DNA of 55,535 nucleotides from an uncultured Syntrophaceae bacterium (GCA_964497585.1 CAZCDS010000010.1:1-55535), one strand, 5' to 3'. Positions 1 to 10,175 are shown, counted from the stretch's first letter. Numbers and translations are program-made. Notes: generated by a model not told the origin, from the sequence alone.

Positions 1-29
1 TGCGCGCGCTGTACGCGGGGAATCGAATA

Positions 30-85
30 CGCTATAAACGCGAAAGTATAGCGGGAAGGGCCTTTTTGCAAAAAGGCCCTTCCCG
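30..85. other. Two adjacent perfect hairpins at the contig edge (CGCTATA-N10-TATAGCG and GGGAAGGGCC-TTTTTGCAAAAA-GGCCCTTCCC).
   Basis: Read directly. The second has a palindromic loop and could act as a bidirectional terminator. Confidence 0.5.
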
Positions 86-117
86 GTAAACTCTTACATC
101 AAAACGACCGACCATCA

Positions 118-1023
118 GTGCAGCCGATGTCAAGGAGGTCCATGGTGCGAACCTTCGAGTATCTCAAACCGACGTCTCTCAAGGAGGCATTTGAACTGCT
201 GGACGAGCACGGAGAGAAAGCCAAGCTCATCGCCGGCGGAACGGACCTCATGGTCCAATGGAAGAAGAAGATCCTTTCACCGGATTACGTCATCTCATTG
301 CGGAACATTCCTGAACTCAGGATCATCGAGTTCGACGGGGGGCTCCGGATCGGGAGTGCGGCCACCCACCGGTCGCTGGAGCTTTCCGAGGAGATCCGGA
401 AGCATTTTCCGGTGATCACCGATGCGGTGAGCAAGCTGGGTTCCGTTCAGGTGCGCAATTCGGCCACCATCGGGGGGAACCTATGCAATGCGGCTCCGTC
501 CGCGGACACCGCTCCGCCGATGCTCGTCTTGGAAGCGGAGGTACACATCGCGAGTTCGAGCGGTGAAAGGACCGTGCCTCTCACTGAATTCTTCACAGGA
601 CCATCGAGGACCGTCCTGCAACACGGAGAAATCGTGACCCGGTTCTCCGTGCCCAAGCCTCTGCCGAACACGGGCATGGCCTACTGGAAGCACACCCGTC
701 GCCAGGCCATGGATCTGCCGATACTTGGCGTGGCCTCGCTCCTCTCCTTTGACGAGGACCTGAAGACCTGCACCAAGGCGAGGATCGGCCTCGGAGTGGC
801 CGCTCCCACGCCCATGCGGGCCACGGACGCGGAGGAATTTCTTCAAGGCAAAACAATTGATGAAACCACGCTCGTGGAGGCGGGAAAGATTGCAGCGGAG
901 CAAGCTTCTCCGCGTACGACGATTCGCGGGACAGAGTGGTACCGGCGAGACATGATTCGTGTCCTCGTGAAAAGAACCGGATTGATCTGTCGGGATCGGG
1001 CGAAAGGAGCCGGCGCCTCATGA
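118..1023 (+). CDS. FAD-binding medium subunit of a xanthine dehydrogenase-family molybdoenzyme (CoxM/XdhB/HcrB-like). The start is uncertain: ATG 118, or GTG 145 after AGGAGG.
   Basis: 301-aa ORF with the typical FAD-binding molybdopterin-dehydrogenase fold motifs (GGTDL, ATIGGNL). Its stop overlaps the start of the next gene, giving an M-S-L operon order. Confidence 0.8.
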   Translation: MQPMSRRSMVRTFEYLKPTSLKEAFELLDEHGEKAKLIAGGTDLMVQWKKKILSPDYVISLRNIPELRIIEFDGGLRIGSAATHRSLELSEEIRKHFPVITDAVSKLGSVQVRNSATIGGNLCNAAPSADTAPPMLVLEAEVHIASSSGERTVPLTEFFTGPSRTVLQHGEIVTRFSVPKPLPNTGMAYWKHTRRQAMDLPILGVASLLSFDEDLKTCTKARIGLGVAAPTPMRATDAEEFLQGKTIDETTLVEAGKIAAEQASPRTTIRGTEWYRRDMIRVLVKRTGLICRDRAKGAGAS

Positions 1024-1517
1024 AACGGACCATAGAGTTTGTCGTAAACGGAAATGCGGTGGTAGTGGAGGTTGAACCTCATTGGCATCTCTTGCGTGTG
1101 CTCCGTGATGAACTGGAGCTGACCGGCGCGAAGCAGGGATGCGGTGAAGGCGAATGCGGCGCGTGCACGGTACTGGTCGACGGCGCGCCGGTCAACAGTT
1201 GCATCTATCCAGTGCTCGAAGCAGAGGGCAAGGAGATACTCACCATCGAGGGGCTGGCAGCGAAGGACGGCTTGCACCCCATTCAGGAGGCCTTCCTCGA
1301 AAAGGCCGGCGTACAGTGCGGCTTCTGCACGCCGGGCATGATCATGTCGGCAAAGGCGCTCCTCGATGCGAATCCGCAGCCCGATGAAGACGAAATCAGG
1401 CACGCGCTTGCTGGGAACATGTGCCGCTGCACCGGCTACGTCCAGATAATCGAATCAATCCGACTCGCCAGCGAGTTGATGTCGGCCCGGTCCAAAGAGG
1501 CTGGCGTGAAGGAGTGA
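1020..1517 (+). CDS. [2Fe-2S] iron-sulfur small subunit of the molybdoenzyme (CoxS/XdhC-like).
   Basis: Plant-ferredoxin-like CGEGECGAC motif and a second C..C..C..C cluster (CGFCTPGM...CRCTGY). ATG at 1020 overlaps the upstream TGA. Confidence 0.85.
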   Translation: MKRTIEFVVNGNAVVVEVEPHWHLLRVLRDELELTGAKQGCGEGECGACTVLVDGAPVNSCIYPVLEAEGKEILTIEGLAAKDGLHPIQEAFLEKAGVQCGFCTPGMIMSAKALLDANPQPDEDEIRHALAGNMCRCTGYVQIIESIRLASELMSARSKEAGVKE

Positions 1518-1520
1518 GAA

Positions 1521-3902
1521 ATGACTGAACTCTTCGTAGGAAAGTCCTTTGCCAGAATGGACAAGGAAAAGGTAACCGGCAGGGCCGAGTTTATTAGCGA
1601 TATCAAGGTTCCCCGGATGCTTTACGGCAAGATTTTGTACAGCAGCCGTCCGCACGCCCGGATCAAGAGCATCGACACGTCACAGGCGGAGAAGCTTCCC
1701 GGCGTGAGAGCGGTCCTCACTGGCTTTAACACACCGGATGTCCGGGTCGGCTTCATCGGTGACCAGACACCCTTGAAGAAGGACAAGGTCAGACAATTCC
1801 GAGACGAGGTCGCGGCGGTGGCCGCGGTGGACGAAGATACCGCGGAAGAGGCGCTCGATCTCATCAAGGTTGAGTACGAGGACCTTCCCCCGGTTTTCGA
1901 TCCTATCGAGGCCATGAAAGAGGACGCGCCGCTCATCCACGAATTCGACGCTCGGGGCAAGCCCCGGCGAAACAATATACTCCCGTTGCCCTGGAAGCTC
2001 GTTGCCGGAGACGTGGAAAAGGCCCGCGCGGAATCAGCATACGTGGTCAAGGACAGCTTCACCACCCAGTGGGTCCACCAGACCTGCATGGGAACGAGCG
2101 GCTGCATCGCGGAATTCGACCTGAACGACAACCTCAACTTCACGAGTGTCACCAACGTACCCTTCGGCGGCAAGGACCGCCTGGACATGTTCCTCAAGAA
2201 CATCGGGGTCAAAGGCCGTACGCGGGTCTTCACTCCTTTCGTGGGCGGAAGTTTCGGCAGCAAGCTCGACACCGACATCTATGAGTTCATTGCGGTTCTG
2301 CTCGCCAGGGAGACCGGTCGCCCGGTGAAGATCCTCTTCACCCGACAGGAGGAATTCACCGCGAGCCCGCCGCGGCAGCCGACCATCGGAACCTGCGAAC
2401 AGGGATGCGACAAGGACGGCCAGCTCACCTTCCGCAAAATCGAGATGATCCTGGACAACGGCGCGTACACATCCTGGGGTGCGACAACGCCTTCGGTGAT
2501 GATGATTCCCGTCTCCTCGCTCTACCGGGTCGCCAATATCGATTATCGTGCCACCTGCGTGTACACCAACAACATCTACGCACAGGCCATGCGTGGCTAC
2601 GGCAATCCCCAGGCCACGTACATCGTTGAACAGTCCATGGATCAGTTGGCCTATGAGGCGGGGATCGACCCGCTGGAATTCCGTACGATCAACGCGAACG
2701 TCCCGGACGAAGTCACGCCCATGAGGCTCAAGATAACGACCTGCCCGCTCAAGGAGTGCCTCGACGAGGTGAAGCAGCGGCTCGACTGGGACGGCAAGAA
2801 GCGTGAAAAGAAGAAAGGCCGCGGGCTCGGGGTCGCCTCCTTCCTCCATGTGGGCGGCGGCGCTAGGGTGTACCTTTCCGACGCGCAGGGCGTCATCCTG
2901 CGAGTCGATGACGACGGCAAGCTCACCGTGATCACCGGCGGCACCGATCAGGGTCAGGGCTCCGAGACGATCATCCACCAGATGGCCGCAGACGCGACCG
3001 GGCTGCGTCCCGAGGATGTGACGATCTTCCTGGGAGACACGAATGTCTGTCCCTGGGACGTCGGCACCCACGCGAGTCGTCACGCATTCATGGTGGGACA
3101 TGCGCTGCTCACGGCAGGCACAGAAGTCAAAGCCAAGATCAAAGACCTTGCGGCCAAGTGGATGGCCGACATCATCGGGCGGAAACTCTCCCGAAAAGCC
3201 AAGCGGGACCCTGACTTCCAGATCCCCGAACTCGATCTGACCGTGCTCTCCGAACCGGACAATCTCGAAGTTCTCAACGGTCGCGTCTTCCTCAAAGACG
3301 ATCCGGACAATCCTCACACAGCCCTTTCCGTCGCGGAAGTCCTTCGCAAGGCGCACATGGTGGGCACGGGCCGCGGGGAAATGGTCACGGCTGAAGCCTT
3401 CTACGATCCCCCTAATGAGATGCTCGACCGGGAGGGCAAGGGGAACCTCTCCTGCTGCTACACCTTCGGCACCCACGGGGTCGAGGTCGAGGTGGACATG
3501 GAAACGGGCCAGGTGAATATCGTCAACTACGTCGCAGCTCATGACGTGGGCCGCGCGATCAATCCCATGCTCGTGAAAGGGCAGATATATGGCGCGGCCG
3601 TGATGGGCACGGGGTACGGGCTCAGCGAGGAGATCCAGGTCAGTGCGGGCCGCGTGATGAACGCGAATCTCCTCGATTACAAGATCCTCACCGCCAAAGA
3701 CAAGGTCCCCATCGAACCGGTCATCGTGGAGCCCATCGAGCCCTCGGGCCCATTCGGCGCGAAGGGGATCGGTGAACCCGCGTGCGTCCCCACCGCTCCG
3801 GCCATTGCCAACGCGGTCTATGACGCGATTGGCGTCCGGATCAAAGACCTGCCGCTCACACCGGAGAAGATCCTCGCCGCAATCAAGGAAAAGGAAGGGT
3901 AA
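1521..3902 (+). CDS. Molybdopterin-binding large subunit, xanthine dehydrogenase/aldehyde oxidase family.
   Basis: 793 aa. Translational coupling 4 nt after the S subunit. Typical length and glycine-rich motifs of CoxL/XdhA-family proteins. No form-I CODH AYXCSFR signature is seen, so a generic Mo-hydroxylase. Confidence 0.85.
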   Translation: MTELFVGKSFARMDKEKVTGRAEFISDIKVPRMLYGKILYSSRPHARIKSIDTSQAEKLPGVRAVLTGFNTPDVRVGFIGDQTPLKKDKVRQFRDEVAAVAAVDEDTAEEALDLIKVEYEDLPPVFDPIEAMKEDAPLIHEFDARGKPRRNNILPLPWKLVAGDVEKARAESAYVVKDSFTTQWVHQTCMGTSGCIAEFDLNDNLNFTSVTNVPFGGKDRLDMFLKNIGVKGRTRVFTPFVGGSFGSKLDTDIYEFIAVLLARETGRPVKILFTRQEEFTASPPRQPTIGTCEQGCDKDGQLTFRKIEMILDNGAYTSWGATTPSVMMIPVSSLYRVANIDYRATCVYTNNIYAQAMRGYGNPQATYIVEQSMDQLAYEAGIDPLEFRTINANVPDEVTPMRLKITTCPLKECLDEVKQRLDWDGKKREKKKGRGLGVASFLHVGGGARVYLSDAQGVILRVDDDGKLTVITGGTDQGQGSETIIHQMAADATGLRPEDVTIFLGDTNVCPWDVGTHASRHAFMVGHALLTAGTEVKAKIKDLAAKWMADIIGRKLSRKAKRDPDFQIPELDLTVLSEPDNLEVLNGRVFLKDDPDNPHTALSVAEVLRKAHMVGTGRGEMVTAEAFYDPPNEMLDREGKGNLSCCYTFGTHGVEVEVDMETGQVNIVNYVAAHDVGRAINPMLVKGQIYGAAVMGTGYGLSEEIQVSAGRVMNANLLDYKILTAKDKVPIEPVIVEPIEPSGPFGAKGIGEPACVPTAPAIANAVYDAIGVRIKDLPLTPEKILAAIKEKEG

Positions 3903-3985
3903 GCGTTTGCCGGGGAGGGCCGTGAGCAGAAGGGCCCTCCCCAGACTTCCATCCAAAGTCTCTATCGTTTCGCGCCCGTAGGCCC
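3881..3985 (+). repeat. Direct repeat copy 1: last ~7 codons of the Mo-subunit gene plus its terminator hairpin plus ~45 bp.
   Basis: ~85% identical to 15371..15483 (AATCAAGGAA.AG.AAGGGTAAG.GTTTGCCG.GGAGGGC...GCCCTCCCCAG.CTTC.ATCCAAAGTCTCTATCG.TTCGCGCC.GTAGCC). Confidence 0.8.
3912..3942 (+). terminator. GC-rich hairpin (10-bp stem GGGGAGGGCC/GGCCCTCCCC) immediately after the Mo-enzyme operon.
   Basis: Perfect inverted repeat 10 nt after the stop. No U-tract, so a transcript 3' stabiliser or Rho-independent-like terminator. Confidence 0.5.
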
Positions 3986-4370
3986 GGTGCCTTCGTCAAA
4001 ACCCTGCGGCCGCCACGTGGGTACATCATGTTTACGGTGAATGCCGCTGGAATCCGGATTCCCAAGGACATGGCGTGCCCTGCCCTCCCCTTCGCCACCC
4101 GGGACCCATCGCATGAGTCCGCAGAGCGAGAGACAACTATGGTGCGCCGCGAACTCTTCGCGAAATACGCGCCCAAACTCAAAGCCGCATGGTACTTCTG
4201 GAATAGAACCAGCAAACAGGCCGGTCACACCGTTTCTTCGAGACCATCAGCGGCCTCGAGGAGGGCCCCTTTCGAATATTCAACCACTTCCAGGGAATCA
4301 GCGGGACGCTCAAATCGGTCGTCCCGCACTTCGCTTGCGCGATGATGTCAGCACCGGTTACCATAGAAGG

Positions 4371-4405
4371 GTTGACAAAAGGACTAGCCTCGTACGATGG
4401 GTATC
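4371..4405 (+). promoter_or_regulatory. Candidate σ70-type promoter (TTGACA ... TACGAT) upstream of the NACHT gene.
   Basis: TTGACAaaaggactagcctcgTACGAT ~150 nt upstream of ATG 4555, with GGAG 10 nt before the ATG. Confidence 0.3.
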
Positions 4406-4554
4406 ACCAACCGCCGCTGCTGTAGAGGTATTGCGCTGACCGGTTGCAGCGGACTTTACCGAGCTTCTTGAATGTTGGTGATCCCAGTCGTGGCTCGGAG
4501 TCTCGGTTGGGGTAGACGGCCCCCTTTTGCTGAAATGTCTACCGGAGTTGAGCT

Positions 4555-7500
4555 ATGGCAAAGCAGATCAAGTCCCCCAAGTCTACTGGAGGAGGCGGAT
4601 ATCTTTTTGAAGACAAGGTGGTTGCTTACTTCCTCTGCTGCATGTTGACGGATTCGCCCCCCTTCGATCCCGAAGATGGGTCAATCACACGAATTGATTT
4701 CCAGTGTGGCCGGCTGGGTTGGCACCTAGACGATGTACTCCTGTTGTTGGAAACGTCGAATACGAAAAGAAGATGCGCAGTTTCCATCAAGAGCAATAGA
4801 CAGATCACTCAGAATGGTTTCCAACAAGAATTCATTTTGAGTTGCTGGGAGCAGTATCTTGGAGGAGAACCCTTTGAGATATCCAAGGACATGCTCTGTC
4901 TGGTTACAGCACCATTAGGTCTGGAAGTGAGAGATGCGGTCGACGAGTTGCTTCAGTGGTCACGGGTCCAGAAGCCTTCGGACCTGAAAAGAGGTTTGGA
5001 ACAGGCCGGTTCTGCGAACAGGTACCATCGGGCCGTGTTCGACAGCTGTTCCTGTCCCGAAGATCTCCGGGCAGCGCACGGTCTCACGGATGATGACATA
5101 GGCAAGCTGTTGAGTCACGTAAGGGTGCTGAAGTTCGATTTCCAATCAGATCCATCCGACTCTGTTCGAGAAGCCATCCGAATGTGCCGCAATATCCTGC
5201 GAAGTAACTCGGCGCGCGATGCGCAACTCCTCTGGGAGTGGTTATGCAGGATTGCTGCTGACAGCCGACCTCTTGCCGGCTCGTTGGTCCTTCCAAAGCT
5301 CATCGATCAACTGCGATTTGATTTCAAGCTACGCGACTTTCCCACCCATGAAGACGATTGGACGAAACTATGTGAACAGACTGGGACTAGTCTGCAAAGG
5401 ATTTCGGACACCATCGGTGGCGCGGTACGGGTGGATAGGCCAGAGGATCTGCAGCGAATCGGAGATTCTGTGCGCGCCAGCAGGATAACACTGATCGCCG
5501 GTCCCTCAGGCTGCGGCAAGACCGTACTGGCAAAGAAGTTTGCCGAATCAATTAGTGAACGAGCCACGGTGATTTGGTGGAATGCCGGACTCCTGGCACA
5601 CGGAGATTTGACATCGTTCGAGGGGAGCCGTCATCTCACCTATACCCTTAAGCAACTTCTTTCCTCCTTCACGGGCCAGGAAGCCTATCTGATCCTGGAT
5701 GGCCTGGACCGGCAATTTGATCGGGACACTTTCGCCAACCTCGCTGTCGTGATGACCACGCTGCGTCTGGGGGACAAATCAAGCCCCTGGCGAGTAGTCA
5801 TCTCCACCCAGGTGGAAGAAGTGCACAGGTTGCAGCGGGAACTCGCGCTAGCGGGTGTGAAGGCCGATCTCTTCCAGATCGTTCCCATTAAGGAGCCGAC
5901 ATGGCAAGAACTCCAGCCTGTATGGCGTGAATTCCCAGCTCTGGGTAGCCTTTCGCTCCGACCGGAACTCCATAGGCTGCTTTTAAAGCCTAAGATGTTG
6001 CAACTTTTCGCCACTAACATTGCAGACGCGCCGGTATCGGAAATATCAGGTTGGACTGGGGAATCGGACCTGATCGTCTGGTTCTGGGAGAATGTTGTAA
6101 GGAAAGGCCCTTCCGGTGCAACAAGGGACAGCTTTGTCAAGCGCCTTGCCCAAAGACAAGCGGACGAGTGTGCGTCCGAGCTTCCCGGAGACTCATTTGG
6201 CGTAGGCGAAACGGCGCCCTTGGGCGAGTTGATCTGCGACAGGATTTGCACATGCACGGACGAGAGATACACCTTCGAGCATGACCTCTTCGGAGACTGG
6301 GCAAGACAAAGGATTCTGGTCGGCAGGCAAAGCAATCTTGCCGATTATGTTGACGAGAAACTGGATTCTCCTGTGTGGCATCGTGCAGTACAACTGCTGG
6401 GGCTGCATCTCCTTGAACGAAGGTCCGTTGACGAGTGGGTCCAAGTCTGGACCAGCTTGCCACACGAAGGTGATCAGAGGGGACTGGCACAGGATCTCAT
6501 GTTGCAAGCAGTTATATTTGCCGCCAATCCACTTCCCCTGCTGGAGCAGATGTGGCCCGTTCTGAGTCAAGATGAAGGGAAGCTGCTCAATCGATTGCTC
6601 GCTGGATTTCTTCTGGTGGCCACATTTCCCAACAGGGCAATACAAGTCACATTGGCAAGCCTCTACCCGGAGTCTGCGACACACGCCAGAACACTGGAGC
6701 GGATACCCTTCGCGCTTTACTGGCCGCCAATAATCAGGTTCCTGCACAATCACAGCGATGACGTACTCAGACTGGCTCCTTTGAGGGCGGCCGAGGTAGC
6801 GGAGAAATGGCTCCAGTATTCTGAATCTGGTCTTCCGTGCAGGACAGAAGCGGCGGATTTAGCCTTGGAGCAGGCGGAGGACAGACTGGCTTCGAAGATG
6901 GTTTATTGGCGCGGTGTACCTAACGAGAAGTTGGATCGAGTGGTCTTCAAGGGAGCGCTAAAAGCTTATTCTGAGTATCCTGAGCGAACGGTGGCATTCG
7001 CCCTGACTGCCTGCGGAAGACGCCCGCCCTCGGATCGGATGAAGGCGAAGATTGAGTATCAGAGAAGGCTGAACCCGTTGCATGCCGACTCAGACTGCCT
7101 TCGAGAGCATACAGACGAGTGGGTTGAGGTATCATGGCGGCAGCGCTACCGCGATCCAGACGCGCAGCCACCGGATCCATGGCCTGATGGGCCCTCGCGC
7201 ATAGTCGACGAGGGTTTCGCAGAAACCTGCCTCACCACGGATGCGGTTCTCAGACTAGCCGCGACTGATCCTGCCGTGGCCAAAGAGATAGTCCTGGCCT
7301 GCTTGATCGAGACACCAAGTGACAGAATGGACGAACCAGAGATGGACAACCCACTTGCCAAGCTGGGCCTCAGCATGGTGGATCAAGAGTACTACCCTCC
7401 ATTTTGGACGAGGTCACCGTTTTGGCTTTTTCTGGGATTGGATCCGTCGGAAGCTGTTAATCTGATTATCCGGTTGGTGGATTTTGTCACTGAGAGATGG

Positions 7501-9837
7501 GCAAGCAAGAAGCGAGCACACAAACAGCAAGTATTCGAAATCGAGGTGACAATTCCCGGTGGCCAGCGCACTTTCGTCGGCGACAAGGAGGTTGCCTACT
7601 GGTTCACCGACTCGGGGACGGCTCCTCATTCGGTCGTCACTGCCCTGATGGCTCTGGAGAAGTGGCTCTACGATACTCTCGACAGGGAAGAATCCGTTTC
7701 GGAAGCCGTTGACCAAATCCTTGGTCGGGCGAAATCCACAGCGTTCCTAGGTTTGCTCTCCTGCGTGGGCAAGCGATACCCACAGCTCTTCCTGAAAGAA
7801 CTGCAGCCACTGTTGGCAATTCCAGAATTGTATCTGTGGGATGCGTGGCACCAAAGCCAAGGACAAGGACTTCAGATGCTTCCTTGGGGTGGGCTCAATC
7901 AGCCGGAGGTCCTTGTTCGGCTCGCTAAAGAATGGCACAGTATGGAACACCGCAGAGTGGACTTGCTCACCGTCGCATTCTACCTTCTCGTTGATGATAA
8001 AGGGACCCAGGACTTCTTTATCAGCGTCCGAGAGCAATGGCGAAATCTTTTGGAAGAGGGAGCTTGCGCCAGTGTTGGAGCCGGATTCCTCAGGCGCCTG
8101 ATTGACATCTTTGATCCTGCCAACCTGAGACAAGTCAGAGGTGCTGAAGGTGAAGTTATAGTGTACAGCGAGGGCATGCTCTCACAGTCTCCGGAATACG
8201 AGGCGGTGAAGCAAGACCTCGAGACCAAACAAATCCTACTGACCATGCCCTACCGTTGCAGACGATTACTATCAGGGGAGGATTCCCTCTCTGAGGAAGA
8301 ACTAGAGGGATTCTTGGCCCAAGTCCAGTCCATACCCTCCCTACAGATTCCGGATGCTTTTGATCTGGCATTCTTCGGCCCGGAAAACTGCGTAACTGGC
8401 GGAGCAGCTGTTCTCGTCAGGCATCACAGGGAATGGCTGAGAAAGCATCCTGATCGAGAACGATGGTGTGTGGAGCATCTCGTGGGAATAGTCTTGAATC
8501 CCCCCGGTCCATCCCCCGTGGAAAGCGAGTTGACCTACGTGGATTTACGATGGCAAGGGTTCTGCGCGCATGCTATCCCTATGCTCTGGGCGGAGCAGCC
8601 TGATTCTCGTGAACTCCGCCTATGTACGGCACGGCTTGGGACGGATGAGAAATACGACACAGTCAGAATACTCTTTGAATCAGCCGCGAGATTCAGACAG
8701 CAGCTAGGCTCGGACCTCAAACGCCTCCAGCACCTCGTTATGCGTTGGGCGGCTGCAAGGCCAATCAACACTCTCATTCAACGATCCGACTCGTCAGCAC
8801 CCAACGTACCGGGATGGCTCGATAACGAGATTGAGCAGTTCTGTCAGGGAAGCATGCTGCCGGAAGTACCGGAATGGAAGAGCATCTGCGATTCAGTGAA
8901 CGCAGCACTCCCCTATTCCAGTCCGTTTGATTGGACGGACGAGTCCAATAAAGCCTTGCGCATCGACCTTCTTCTTGTCATGGCCGCCAACGCTTGGATA
9001 CCTTCGCTCAACAAGGCATTGACTTCTGAAGAGAGAGCGGACTGGATTCATCTTTTCGAGGAAGCTCTGAACTACAGCATGGAGATCATAACCGAAATTC
9101 TCGAGGCCGGTGGAAAGTTAGGCTATGCCAACCACGAATGGTATGAATGGCTCTTTCGGCGACTCGTTAGAGTGATTCCCGAACTGAGCCAAAAGGAAAA
9201 GCCTGACCGATTCTGGAAACCCATCCTTGAATTGGGAGTCGACGGACATTACCGGATTGAGTCCTTCCTCAGTTGGTGGTTCATCGAAAATCTGCAATCA
9301 TCGCCTCCTCCTGGTCGTTTTCTTGAAGAATGGCAGAGAATGGTCGATTTTGCATTTCAGTCCCCACATTGGAGCTTCGAAGAGATCCAACACGGTTTCT
9401 ACGACCTCCAAAAGATGTGGTGCAACGTTATGGGCTTTGGTGCAGCCTGGGTGAAAATGTGGTCGGAGAACCACAGGTCCGTGATTGAGGCAATGCGGCC
9501 GAACTACCAGAAATGGGCCAAGGAATTCCTGGACAGACCGCAGTGCGGATCTTCCTTTGCCATCTTGCTGGAACAGGAAGGGGCACGAGGTCTCGTATTG
9601 GATGGATTGGTCTGGCTGGAGCAAGCCGTAGCAAAGAGGGGAGAAGGCTATTTCCGAGAAGAGAAGGTTCGGCGAATTGTTCTTTCTTGCCTAGACACTT
9701 GCTGGAGTACCGTAGGCCAGGAGATAAGAAGAAACGAAGCAGCCTTCAGTAGTCTGAAAAAGCTATTGCGTATACTGGCGGACAGACAAGAGCGGGTTGC
9801 AATAGAAATGCTGCGCACAATTGCAGAGACATGCTGA
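4555..9837 (+). CDS. Giant (1760 aa) NACHT/STAND-type P-loop NTPase with an uncharacterised ~300-aa N-terminal domain and a long helical-repeat C-terminal region. Candidate NLR-like/Avs-like defence protein.
   Basis: Walker A LIAGPSGCGKT (~nt 5497-5530) and NACHT-type Walker B LILDGLDRQFD ~60 aa downstream. C-terminal ~1200 aa is leucine/tryptophan-rich and helical. N-terminal GYLFEDKVVAYFL...EDGSITRIDF...LDDVLLLLE...AVSIKS is compatible with a divergent PD-(D/E)xK/Mrr-like fold. Confidence 0.65.
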   Translation: MAKQIKSPKSTGGGGYLFEDKVVAYFLCCMLTDSPPFDPEDGSITRIDFQCGRLGWHLDDVLLLLETSNTKRRCAVSIKSNRQITQNGFQQEFILSCWEQYLGGEPFEISKDMLCLVTAPLGLEVRDAVDELLQWSRVQKPSDLKRGLEQAGSANRYHRAVFDSCSCPEDLRAAHGLTDDDIGKLLSHVRVLKFDFQSDPSDSVREAIRMCRNILRSNSARDAQLLWEWLCRIAADSRPLAGSLVLPKLIDQLRFDFKLRDFPTHEDDWTKLCEQTGTSLQRISDTIGGAVRVDRPEDLQRIGDSVRASRITLIAGPSGCGKTVLAKKFAESISERATVIWWNAGLLAHGDLTSFEGSRHLTYTLKQLLSSFTGQEAYLILDGLDRQFDRDTFANLAVVMTTLRLGDKSSPWRVVISTQVEEVHRLQRELALAGVKADLFQIVPIKEPTWQELQPVWREFPALGSLSLRPELHRLLLKPKMLQLFATNIADAPVSEISGWTGESDLIVWFWENVVRKGPSGATRDSFVKRLAQRQADECASELPGDSFGVGETAPLGELICDRICTCTDERYTFEHDLFGDWARQRILVGRQSNLADYVDEKLDSPVWHRAVQLLGLHLLERRSVDEWVQVWTSLPHEGDQRGLAQDLMLQAVIFAANPLPLLEQMWPVLSQDEGKLLNRLLAGFLLVATFPNRAIQVTLASLYPESATHARTLERIPFALYWPPIIRFLHNHSDDVLRLAPLRAAEVAEKWLQYSESGLPCRTEAADLALEQAEDRLASKMVYWRGVPNEKLDRVVFKGALKAYSEYPERTVAFALTACGRRPPSDRMKAKIEYQRRLNPLHADSDCLREHTDEWVEVSWRQRYRDPDAQPPDPWPDGPSRIVDEGFAETCLTTDAVLRLAATDPAVAKEIVLACLIETPSDRMDEPEMDNPLAKLGLSMVDQEYYPPFWTRSPFWLFLGLDPSEAVNLIIRLVDFVTERWASKKRAHKQQVFEIEVTIPGGQRTFVGDKEVAYWFTDSGTAPHSVVTALMALEKWLYDTLDREESVSEAVDQILGRAKSTAFLGLLSCVGKRYPQLFLKELQPLLAIPELYLWDAWHQSQGQGLQMLPWGGLNQPEVLVRLAKEWHSMEHRRVDLLTVAFYLLVDDKGTQDFFISVREQWRNLLEEGACASVGAGFLRRLIDIFDPANLRQVRGAEGEVIVYSEGMLSQSPEYEAVKQDLETKQILLTMPYRCRRLLSGEDSLSEEELEGFLAQVQSIPSLQIPDAFDLAFFGPENCVTGGAAVLVRHHREWLRKHPDRERWCVEHLVGIVLNPPGPSPVESELTYVDLRWQGFCAHAIPMLWAEQPDSRELRLCTARLGTDEKYDTVRILFESAARFRQQLGSDLKRLQHLVMRWAAARPINTLIQRSDSSAPNVPGWLDNEIEQFCQGSMLPEVPEWKSICDSVNAALPYSSPFDWTDESNKALRIDLLLVMAANAWIPSLNKALTSEERADWIHLFEEALNYSMEIITEILEAGGKLGYANHEWYEWLFRRLVRVIPELSQKEKPDRFWKPILELGVDGHYRIESFLSWWFIENLQSSPPPGRFLEEWQRMVDFAFQSPHWSFEEIQHGFYDLQKMWCNVMGFGAAWVKMWSENHRSVIEAMRPNYQKWAKEFLDRPQCGSSFAILLEQEGARGLVLDGLVWLEQAVAKRGEGYFREEKVRRIVLSCLDTCWSTVGQEIRRNEAAFSSLKKLLRILADRQERVAIEMLRTIAETC

Positions 9838-9914
9838 CCATCGAGATGGAGAGCCGCTTGACAGCCGCACCGGCTTGCCTCGCCGAAACGGATGATAAGC
9901 GGTTTGACCAATTT

Positions 9915-10175
9915 GGGCTAATCCGGGATTTGCGTGAGCCCGTGAATCCGGGTAGACCATTCCTAATTCCATGTCCATATTTGCGGTCGACAATCATCAG
10001 GTCCGAACGTTCCCCAATGATTGCCGCTGTTGCACAAGTCGGTCCCCTGCCGCCGATTGACGGCGGACCGACCGAAGGCCAGCCCGTCTTGCTGCCGGCA
10101 CTCATCGCACGAGACGTCAACGGCAAAGATAGGCATGATGCACCCAACACTCCTACGCACTCCTGTCTTTTCGGA
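9915..10175 (+). repeat. Interspersed structured repeat, copy A (full length).
   Basis: Contains a 23-nt 5' unit GTGAATCCGGGTAGACCATTCCT, the core TGTCCATATTTGCGGTCGACAATCA...GGTCCGAACGTTCCCCAATGATTGCC, a conserved hairpin GTCGGTCC-CCTG-CCGCC-GATTGAC-GGCGG-A-GGACCGAC, and the tail AAGGGCGGCCCGTCTTGC.... Confidence 0.85.

Noticed and set aside
3912-3942. Calling the GGGGAGGGCC hairpin a classical intrinsic terminator.
   Set aside because: There is no U-run after the stem. Retained only as a hairpin or possible terminator with moderate confidence.
2034-3956. 640-aa minus-strand ORF antisense to the Mo large-subunit gene. Similar long antisense ORFs at 24707..26272 (-), 33355..34233 (+), 35332..36687 (+ part), 31137..31841 (-), 51588..52691 (+), 52019..52810 (-), 593..1403 (-).
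   Set aside because: Shadow ORFs typical of high-GC DNA. The opposite strand carries well-supported genes with recognisable motifs, and these translations are low-complexity Arg/Ala/Gly-rich.
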